Origin: Minisyncoccota bacterium
Lineage (GTDB): Bacteria > Patescibacteriota > Minisyncoccia > UBA6257 > 1-14-0-10-44-23
DNA: 59,473 bases
Reading direction: 5' to 3'
Assembly (NCBI GenBank): GCA_041389085.1
Contig: JAWKSL010000003.1
Span: forward strand, 1-59,473
Shown here: piece by piece, positions 16,748-22,983 of the stretch
Numbering within the stretch: position 1 is the stretch's first letter
Layout of the letters: each line of letters opens with the position of its first letter
Position numbers and translations under genes: made by a program
The notes under the pieces: generated by a model
Database searches by the model: none
Told to the model about the DNA's origin: nothing
Seen by the model: only the letters and a program-made list of their open reading frames with translations

Positions 16748-17890
16748 CTACCGAATTGTGGCCTGAAACTGCTCTACCGTCTGATTTTCTACTTCTTTCT
16801 GAATTGGCTCTACTTCTTCTGCGGTAAGAGTTTTGTCGATGCTGCGGTAGTGAATGCGGTAGGTGTAACTTACCTTGTTTTCGCCGAACTTTGCTGCGTC
16901 TTCGTATTTATCGAGCAGAGCTACCTCTTCTACAAGGTTGCCGCCGATGTCGCGGATAAGATCAAAATAGTTGTTTGGAACGAAGCTTTTATCCACGATG
17001 AAAGAAATGTCGCGTACTACTGGAGGGTACTTACTTACTTCTTTATATACGTTTCCGAGCTTGAGTTGCTTTACGACGCGGTCGTCTTTTGACCATAGGA
17101 GGCGAATGTCTGGGAGCTTCATGCTAATAATGGCGAGCCTCTCAAGACCGAATCCGAACGCCCAACCGGTGTAGTTGCTTGAATCTACGCCAAGCTTTTC
17201 AAGCACACTGCCTTTTACAACGCCAGAACCAAGTACTTCTACCCAGTGTCCGTCGATATTGATTTCCATTTCGAGACTTGGATCGGTGTATGGGAAAGTG
17301 TCTTTGTTGAAGCGATACTCGATATCGTCTCCGAATACAGTTTTTGCGATGTTTGCGAGAACTTCTTTTAAGTCTTCTACGCCAATAGTGCCTTTGTCTT
17401 TTGGTACGAGGTAGTAGCCGTCGATTTGGTGAAAGACGTTCATGTGGCGCTTATCGAGCTCATCTTTTCGATATACTTTCCCGTAGGTTAAAACTCCCAG
17501 CGTTTCGTTGTTGGCTATTTTCTTTTTTGCTTCTTCACTGTTGAGGTAGTAGTACCACGATACTGTTGTGTGTGGGCGAAGAATGTATTCGTCTGTAACG
17601 TAGTAGGTATCTGACTTGCTTCGTGCTGGGTGGTCAGCGGGAAAGTCGAAAAGGTCGAAGCTTTGAGCTACTGGCACTATTTCTGGAACCTGAACAACTG
17701 AAAAGTCTTTAAATTGTTCAAGGTTGGTTATCTTCTGCGCAAGTTCGTAAATTGGGCTACCTTCCGTACGAGAAAGGTCGGGCATGTCTAAAAATCGAAT
17801 CTGGCGCTGGCTCTCAGCGTCTGTTCGTGTTTGTAGCTCCTTCTTTAGCTCCTCTTCTTTTGTGAGATCTATTTTTATATATTCAGGCAT
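16748..17890 (-). CDS. pheS: Phenylalanine--tRNA ligase, single-chain mitochondrial-type (PheS core + C-terminal FDX-ACB domain)
   Basis: The catalytic core carries HPAR, FHQIDG and GFGLERLAI. The C-terminus DIRLLWSKDDRVVKQL...SKYPPVVRDISFIV...YFDLIRDIGGNLVEEVALLDKY...YRIHYRSIDKTLTAEEV parallels human FARS2. Confidence 0.85.
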   Translation of the reverse strand: MPEYIKIDLTKEEELKKELQTRTDAESQRQIRFLDMPDLSRTEGSPIYELAQKITNLEQFKDFSVVQVPEIVPVAQSFDLFDFPADHPARSKSDTYYVTDEYILRPHTTVSWYYYLNSEEAKKKIANNETLGVLTYGKVYRKDELDKRHMNVFHQIDGYYLVPKDKGTIGVEDLKEVLANIAKTVFGDDIEYRFNKDTFPYTDPSLEMEINIDGHWVEVLGSGVVKGSVLEKLGVDSSNYTGWAFGFGLERLAIISMKLPDIRLLWSKDDRVVKQLKLGNVYKEVSKYPPVVRDISFIVDKSFVPNNYFDLIRDIGGNLVEEVALLDKYEDAAKFGENKVSYTYRIHYRSIDKTLTAEEVEPIQKEVENQTVEQFQATIR

Positions 17891-17927
17891 ATTGTTGAGA
17901 ATACTGCTAATGGTACACTAGTAATAT

Positions 17928-18260
17928 ATGTTTGAGGATAGTATCGCTTCTTCTACTGCTGCACAAGCCCCGATTTTTATTGAATATACATTTTTGTGGG
18001 GCATCGGGCTTTTGGTTCTTTCTATTCTCGTTTCTCTTCTGTCTATGCGCATTTCAGGGCGACAGGCTCTTCTTTTTTGGCTTATCAATACTTCATTAAG
18101 TTTTAGCGCGCTCACCTTGATTGGCCAGTCATTTCCCCGATTTAACCAGTTTGTCGTTTTTGGTGTAATTTTTGCGATTATACTCGTACTTGCTGCAAGT
18201 GGAGCGGTTGCTCCAAAGAAAGAAAAGCCTGCTGAGGCTCCGCAGCCAAAAGAAGAATAA
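17928..18260 (+). CDS. Hypothetical membrane protein (3 TM)
   Basis: 110-aa hydrophobic ORF with a Lys/Pro/Glu-rich tail. Confidence 0.6.
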   Translation: MFEDSIASSTAAQAPIFIEYTFLWGIGLLVLSILVSLLSMRISGRQALLFWLINTSLSFSALTLIGQSFPRFNQFVVFGVIFAIILVLAASGAVAPKKEKPAEAPQPKEE

Positions 18261-18265
18261 ATGTG

Positions 18266-18339
18266 TGTCAGAGGGGAGACTTGAACTCCCGACCTCGGCG
18301 TTATGAATGCCGCGCTCTAACCAGCTGAGCTACTCTGAC
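18266..18339 (-). tRNA. tRNA-Met(CAT), elongator or Ile-lysidine type
   Basis: Hand-folded cloverleaf: GTCAGAG TA GCTC AGCTGGTTA GAGC G CGGCA TTCATAA CGCCG AGGTC GGGAG TTCAAGT CTCCC CTCTGAC A. No CCA is encoded. Confidence 0.85.
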
Positions 18340-18577
18340 TTATTTTTATATCCAAGAACTTCCTTCCCTGCCCCGACTTTAAGAACTTTTCTCGCTTCAT
18401 TGCCTCCTTTTTGTCGCCGTATTTTTCTTCGAGAATAAGTTTAAATGGCTTGTTTTCCCTTGTAAACTTATTTGATCCACTATTGTGTTCCTGTAATCGA
18501 ACGCTTGCCTGCTTGCTTGTGTAGCCTACGTATCTTTTACCATTTTTTAGGCTTTTTAGAACATAAACTGTGAACAT
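18317..18577 (-). CDS. GIY-YIG nuclease family protein (86 aa)
   Basis: FTVYVLKSLKNGKRYVGYTSKQASVRLQEHN is the GIY-YIG signature. The last 8 codons and the TAG stop are supplied by nt 1-23 of tRNA-Met. Confidence 0.85.
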   Translation of the reverse strand: MFTVYVLKSLKNGKRYVGYTSKQASVRLQEHNSGSNKFTRENKPFKLILEEKYGDKKEAMKREKFLKSGQGRKFLDIKISQSSSAG

Positions 18578-18594
18578 AGCGGTAATCTCTAACC

Positions 18595-18625
18595 CCAGCC
18601 AGAGGCTGGTCCGCCTTTGGCGGAA
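18595..18625 (-). repeat. 31-nt twin-hairpin module, copy 1
   Basis: TTCCGCCAAAGGCGGACCAGCCTCTGGCTGG (CCGCC-AAA-GGCGG and CCAGCC-TCT-GGCTGG), identical at 31/31 positions to 21652-21682. Confidence 0.9.
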
Positions 18626-18705
18626 GCTGAGCTACTCTGACATGTATCTTTAAATACTGGGAAATAATACTGAAAATTCCTTGTTTCTTCAAGTTTTATT
18701 GTATC

Positions 18706-18733
18706 AAAAAAGGCCCGATTCGGCCTTTTTTGA
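18706..18733. terminator. Bidirectional intrinsic terminator
   Basis: AAAAA-AGGCC-GATTC-GGCCT-TTTTT. Confidence 0.75.
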
Positions 18734-18752
18734 AAATGAGTTTTCTTTGGTG

Positions 18753-19112
18753 TTAACCCATTCGTCTTCCTTTGCCGAAACCGATAGCAAGGAATATAAC
18801 CGCGAGGAGAACGTGGAGGAGGTTGTCAGCCATGTTTGCCGCAAGAATTCCGTTCAAAAAGTCGCTTGCTATAAACCCAAGAACCGCTACGAGTCCGTAG
18901 ATAATTCCAAAGATCTGAGCAAATTGTCGTGCTCCCCTTTCTCCTTTTGCCGCGAACATAAGAGCTACAATACCGGAGAGAAGGTGGATGATGTTGTGCA
19001 CAGTATCAACTTCAAAGATGCCAAGAAGCATTCCATTTGAGGTTATTCCTGGCACGAAGCCAAGAATTCCGATGAGGATGAATACCCATCCGAGCAATTT
19101 CACTGTTTTCAT
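18753..19112 (-). CDS. DUF4383-like membrane protein
   Basis: 119 aa with 4 TM helices. The motifs FEVDTVHNIIHLLSG and DNLLHVLLA are typical of DUF4383. Confidence 0.7.
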   Translation of the reverse strand: MKTVKLLGWVFILIGILGFVPGITSNGMLLGIFEVDTVHNIIHLLSGIVALMFAAKGERGARQFAQIFGIIYGLVAVLGFIASDFLNGILAANMADNLLHVLLAVIFLAIGFGKGRRMG

Positions 19113-19232
19113 AGTTTTGCTTTATTGGTTTGTAATAATTCGGCCTTTTTGTTTTAGTGTGTTTTGTGCTGTCTTATATAGCTTTATTATAACAACAAAG
19201 CAGCCTCAAAAGGCTGCTTTACTGAATAAATG

Positions 19233-19304
19233 TTGCGGGGGTGGGAATCGAACCCACGGTCTGGTGGTTATGAGCCACCCGAGATACCATTTCTCCACCC
19301 CGCG
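19233..19304 (-). tRNA. tRNA-Met(CAT), initiator-like
   Basis: Fold: CGCGGGG TG GAGA AATGGTA TCTC G GGTGG CTCATAA CCACC AGACC GTGGG TTCGATT CCCAC CCCCGCA A. The C1:A72 mismatch is characteristic of bacterial initiator tRNA. Confidence 0.8.
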
Positions 19305-19355
19305 GTAGTGTTATTGATTGCTGTATTGTAGAATAAATATCGAATTTGTCAATTT

Positions 19356-20693
19356 ATGAAAACAGAAAATGTGCGTATTGGAATAATTGGTTTTGCCCGT
19401 GAAGGAAAAAGTTTGGCGGAATTTTTACTTACTCGCCTAAAGGGGTATTGCGAAATTACTTTCTTAGACCAGCGCACAATTAAATCTAGCGATCGCGACT
19501 CACGCTTTCACTACAAAACTGGGAAAAGCTACCTTTCTACTCTTAACTCTTTCGATATTGTTTTCCGCTCCCCTGGCGTTCCGTTCCTTACTAAGGAAAT
19601 ACAAGCCGCGAAAAAGAGCGGTGTCGCCATTTCAAGCGTGACAAACATTTTTTTCCAGGAAATACATACGCTGCGCCAGAAGAAAAACTCAGACTACCCG
19701 AAAATTATTGCGGTAACTGGCACTAAGGGCAAAGGAACTACCTCGACGCTCATCTACAACATGCTTAAGAAAGCTGGAAAGAAGGCGGTGCTTGCTGGAA
19801 ACATTGGAGTGCCGATGCTCGATGTGCTTTCGAAGGCAAAAAAGAGTGAGTTTATTGTTCTAGAGCTTTCAAGTTTTCAACTTCAGGATTTAAAACACAG
19901 CGCTGATGTAGCCGTGCTTGTACCAGTTTCGCCAGACCATCTCGACCACCACAAGACAATGGCTGAATACGTAAACGCAAAGGCGCAGCTTACCAAAACC
20001 CAGGTTAAGGGCTGCCGTGCATACTGCGTAGCTGGAAACAAGCTTTCGGAGAAAATTGTTTCTTTCTCTGCCGGTAAAAAGGTTTTTGTGAAGCCAGAAT
20101 CATTCAAGCTCTTTGACTCCTCTGATCTTTCTGTACCGGGTATGCACAACTTTGAGAATGCCGTACTTGCTGCGACGGTCGTTTCTGACCTTGGCATTGA
20201 TAAGGCTGCTATTGCTTCTGCGGCAAAGGTGTTTAAAGGGCTTTCACACCGATTGGAATTTGTGCGGAAGGTTTCTCATTCTAGCGCGCGCGTATCCGTC
20301 TTTGACGACAGCGCTGGAACAAACCCCATTACCTCTGTAGCTGCTGCCCGAGCATTTTCTATTCCTTCTATTGTAATGATTGGTGGAGTTGGAAAGGTTT
20401 CCTATGCGCCACTGCGTGAGCTCAAAAAGACTAACGCGTCTGCTGTAGTTCTTTTCGGCCGAGATGGTAAGAAGGCGCGCAAATTTATACCTCGACACAT
20501 TCAGGTTGTTGAAGCGGGCGGTAAGGACTTTTCAAAGATCGTTAGAACTGCGCTCGATCTTTCTCTGAAGCTTTCAGCTGAGCTTCATTCTGAAGTTGCA
20601 CTCCTTTTTTCACCAGCAAGCGCGAGCTTCGATATGTTTGAAAATGCGTATCAGCGAGGCGACCTATTTCAAGAGTTTGTAAAAAAAATGTAG
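19356..20693 (+). CDS. murD: UDP-N-acetylmuramoylalanine--D-glutamate ligase
   Basis: 445 aa, Mur ligase with AVTGTKGKGTTST P-loop and an N-terminal Rossmann-like GFAREGKS. Confidence 0.88.
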   Translation: MKTENVRIGIIGFAREGKSLAEFLLTRLKGYCEITFLDQRTIKSSDRDSRFHYKTGKSYLSTLNSFDIVFRSPGVPFLTKEIQAAKKSGVAISSVTNIFFQEIHTLRQKKNSDYPKIIAVTGTKGKGTTSTLIYNMLKKAGKKAVLAGNIGVPMLDVLSKAKKSEFIVLELSSFQLQDLKHSADVAVLVPVSPDHLDHHKTMAEYVNAKAQLTKTQVKGCRAYCVAGNKLSEKIVSFSAGKKVFVKPESFKLFDSSDLSVPGMHNFENAVLAATVVSDLGIDKAAIASAAKVFKGLSHRLEFVRKVSHSSARVSVFDDSAGTNPITSVAAARAFSIPSIVMIGGVGKVSYAPLRELKKTNASAVVLFGRDGKKARKFIPRHIQVVEAGGKDFSKIVRTALDLSLKLSAELHSEVALLFSPASASFDMFENAYQRGDLFQEFVKKM

Positions 20694-20726
20694 GGCCCGT
20701 GCGAGTTTCGCACAGACCCTTTGCAC

Positions 20727-21416
20727 TCATCCGAGCCAGAAGACTGCTGCATTCCTGCTTTGGTCTCCTCGCCGGTGAGAGTGGTAGGTGTATTCACCTT
20801 CCACCTTCGCACACGCGGTGCATCTTGCCTCGATGTTGGTGTAGTTCACCCGGATGCCGCTTCTGAGCATCTGCTCACGAATGAGCTTGATCAGGTTGAC
20901 CGTTGCCTTTGGCCCGGCGGCTTGACTCCCTTCTTTTTCGAGCAAACTCATCGCATGGGGAGCTGTGTAGCAGCACGGTCCGATTCCGTAGCCGATGAAG
21001 GCTTCGGTGAAATGCTTGCCGAATCGCTGCGCAATGCAGTCGATTAGACTGGGACGGCCCTGACCGGTGAGATCTACAAGGCTTCCGAGCCCACAGTGCG
21101 CGACTACCAGCTGTGTTTGGCTGGCAAGCGCAAGAATGGGGCAGTCGGCATTGCTGATGACTGCGGCCTGCCCGCGACCGACACTGACAGCGTCTGCCTG
21201 CTGGCAGCTGCGCCAGACGTTGGAGTCGATGGAGGAAAACGCTTCCTCCTGGCTCGGCCATAATGTGTCGCGGACAAAGGCGCAGCGAATCGAGTAGAGG
21301 TCGCTTCGTGTGGGCGACTTAGCCCGAAGCGCTTGCGCAAACTCCTGAGGCGACGCGAAATGCGCCGGCTTGAAGTCTCCCTGGCTCCTTCCGAGCAGGG
21401 CTGATCGGATTAGCAT
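20727..21416 (-). CDS. pgeF: YfiH/PgeF (DUF152) family protein; GC-rich outlier
   Basis: 229 aa with ADCPIL, VAHCGLGS and YSHRRGDQSRNAAV motifs of the purine nucleoside phosphorylase/laccase-domain YfiH family. G+C is visibly far above the flanking genes. Confidence 0.75.
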   Translation of the reverse strand: MLIRSALLGRSQGDFKPAHFASPQEFAQALRAKSPTRSDLYSIRCAFVRDTLWPSQEEAFSSIDSNVWRSCQQADAVSVGRGQAAVISNADCPILALASQTQLVVAHCGLGSLVDLTGQGRPSLIDCIAQRFGKHFTEAFIGYGIGPCCYTAPHAMSLLEKEGSQAAGPKATVNLIKLIREQMLRSGIRVNYTNIEARCTACAKVEGEYTYHSHRRGDQSRNAAVFWLG

Positions 21417-21472
21417 TTTCGGGTCCTCCTATGCCCTGCTGGGCTTTTTTAAAATACGTATTATATACTTTA

Positions 21473-21500
21473 TTGTCAAATAAATGGCTTGCGCTATACT
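21473..21500 (+). promoter_or_regulatory. Sigma70-like promoter upstream of tRNA-Asp
   Basis: TTGTCA-N16-TATACT. Confidence 0.5.
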
Positions 21501-21559
21501 AAGCCTTAGTGCATAATGTTTCTGTTCAATTTGTTAAGGGCCTAGTTTAATTTATTGGC

Positions 21560-21636
21560 GCGGGCGTAGCTCAGTTGGTTAGAGCGCTCCCCTGTCACGG
21601 GAGAGGTCGCCGGTTCAAATCCGGTCGCTCGCGCCA
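21560..21636 (+). tRNA. tRNA-Asp(GTC), CCA encoded
   Basis: Fold: GCGGGCG TA GCTC AGTTGGTTA GAGC G CTCCC CTGTCAC GGGAG AGGTC GCCGG TTCAAAT CCGGT CGCTCGC G CCA. The flanks (TTTAATTTATTGGC / GCCAATAAATTAAA) extend the acceptor helix. Confidence 0.9.
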
Positions 21637-21651
21637 ATAAATTAAATCAGT

Positions 21652-21682
21652 TTCCGCCAAAGGCGGACCAGCCTCTGGCTGG
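21652..21682 (+). repeat. 31-nt twin-hairpin module, copy 2
   Basis: Identical to the reverse complement of 18595-18625. It sits immediately 5' of GGTTAGAGC of a partial tRNA-Asp. Confidence 0.9.
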
Positions 21683-21741
21683 GGTTAGAGCGCTCCCCTG
21701 TCACGGGAGAGGTCGCCGGTTCAAATCCGGTCGCTCGCGCC
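21683..21741 (+). pseudogene. Partial tRNA-Asp copy (D-loop to 3' end, nt 18-76)
   Basis: 59 nt identical to 21577-21635. It lacks the 5' acceptor and D-stem strand. Confidence 0.85.
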
Positions 21742-21777
21742 CACGAAAGAAAATTCCGCCTTTGAGCGGTTTTTTAA

Positions 21778-21798
21778 TTCAAATCCGGTCGCTCGCGC
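21778..21798 (+). repeat. Third nested copy of the tRNA-Asp 3' end (T-loop to acceptor)
   Basis: TTCAAATCCGGTCGCTCGCGC, identical to 21614-21634. Each partial copy is followed by a hairpin plus T-run. Confidence 0.85.
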
Positions 21799-21868
21799 AG
21801 AGAAATAAAAGGCCGCTGGTAGGCGGTTTTTGTTCGCTTATCTTTATATTTTGAGCTACATTTGAGCT

Positions 21869-22066
21869 ATGGAAGTTTCAAATTGTGTGGCGCGGCTCAG
21901 GCAGGGGCGGCAAGAGACTCAAGAAGAACTTGCTCTTTCTGTGGGCGTTACGCGGCAAACTATAATTTCTATCGAAAAGGGGCGCTATATGCCCTCTATT
22001 TCCCTTGCGCTTAAACTTGCGAAGCATTTTAAGGTTTCAGTCGAAGACATTTTTAAACTACAATAA
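21869..22066 (+). CDS. XRE-family helix-turn-helix transcriptional regulator
   Basis: 65 aa with LRQGRQETQEELALSVGVTRQTIISIEKGRYMPSISLALKLAKHF, a Cro/C1-type HTH. Confidence 0.85.
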   Translation: MEVSNCVARLRQGRQETQEELALSVGVTRQTIISIEKGRYMPSISLALKLAKHFKVSVEDIFKLQ

Positions 22067-22071
22067 ATCAT

Positions 22072-22440
22072 ATGAAAGCCTCTCCACTTAAAAGCGAAAT
22101 AACCCTTACCGCACTTCTCCTTGCGGGGCTGTTTGTGTTTATCGATCCGTTTGATCTTTGGATGAGTAGCTCCTCTTCAAAAGCTATCGGGTTTGCTATC
22201 GTTGCTTTTCTTTTTCTTCTTATTGTTTTTTCCTGGAAGCAGAAGGCGCGCGATGAACGCGAGCTTTTAAATAGCTACTTTTCCGACCGGCTTGCTTACC
22301 TTGTAGCTATAAGCTCACTGTTCTTCGTCTTTGTGTACCAGGTTTTTATGGGGCTTCCGGCGGTTATAACTGCATCGCTTTTGGCGCTGGTAGTTATCTC
22401 TAAGCTCATAGCAGTCATTTTTACCTCTACTTTTCGATAG
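22072..22440 (+). CDS. Small membrane protein paired with the XRE regulator
   Basis: 122 aa with 4 TM helices, starting 6 nt after the regulator stop. Confidence 0.65.
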   Translation: MKASPLKSEITLTALLLAGLFVFIDPFDLWMSSSSSKAIGFAIVAFLFLLIVFSWKQKARDERELLNSYFSDRLAYLVAISSLFFVFVYQVFMGLPAVITASLLALVVISKLIAVIFTSTFR

Positions 22441-22526
22441 TTTTCCCCATTTTTAATGTAAAGTATGCTTTACATTGTTTTGATGTGCTTTTATAATGCG
22501 GTTAATTAGCAATTAACCTTTAACTT

Positions 22527-22982
22527 ATGCAAAAGAAAACGAGTGGATTTTTAGTAATTCTTATCCTTATCGCTCTTGGTTTCGTATTTTTCTTCAATAT
22601 GAACGATGAGATGGAGCAGATGGACTCATCTGGCGAAATGATGGAAATGAACGATGGTGATGCGATGGACGAAATGGGCTCTGAGGGCTACCAAGAATAC
22701 AGCGAAGAGGCTCTTGCAAGTGTTGAGGGCCCTGTATTATTTTTTCACGCTGTTTGGTGCCCAACCTGCAAATCGCTTGATAACGACATAATGGCAAACC
22801 TTTCCGATATACCGTCTGACGTGACCATACTCAAAGTAGACTACGACTCTTACACTGATCTGAAGAAAAAGTACGGAGTAACAACACAACACACACTTGT
22901 ACAAGTTGATAATGAGGGAAATTTAATCAATAAGTGGCTTGGAAGCCCTACCCTCGAGGCGCTTCTTGCTAAGGTTCAATAA
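22527..22982 (+). CDS. Membrane-anchored thioredoxin-like protein
   Basis: TM anchor, Met/Asp/Glu-rich linker, WCPTC active site. Confidence 0.8.
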   Translation: MQKKTSGFLVILILIALGFVFFFNMNDEMEQMDSSGEMMEMNDGDAMDEMGSEGYQEYSEEALASVEGPVLFFHAVWCPTCKSLDNDIMANLSDIPSDVTILKVDYDSYTDLKKKYGVTTQHTLVQVDNEGNLINKWLGSPTLEALLAKVQ

Positions 22983-22983
22983 A

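Larger units (their letters stand above)
18317..18641 (-). mobile_element. tRNA-associated GIY-YIG element bounded by a duplicated tRNA-Met 5' fragment
   Basis: The minus strand reads, in order: tRNA nt 1-16 GTCAGAGTAGCTCAGC (18641-18626); a 31-nt twin hairpin (18625-18595); GGTTAGAG (18594-18587); 9 nt; the GIY-YIG ORF; then the intact tRNA. Confidence 0.6.

Noticed and set aside
16599-16757. A 55-codon plus-strand ORF (MKWGHSTVKSSSPIEWVPRERPPWNL...) within the GC-rich pheS-adk spacer.
   Set aside because: It has no RBS. It runs antisense into the pheS 3' end and crosses a hairpin plus T-run that would terminate plus-strand transcription. It is probably a chance ORF in GC-rich sequence.
18587-21741. 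The tRNA-Met 5' fragment plus module and the module plus tRNA-Asp 3' fragment as split tRNA halves joined in trans (Nanoarchaeum-like).
   Set aside because: The 31-nt modules are identical rather than complementary, so they cannot pair to bring halves together. The two fragments derive from different tRNAs, and intact copies of both tRNAs are present.
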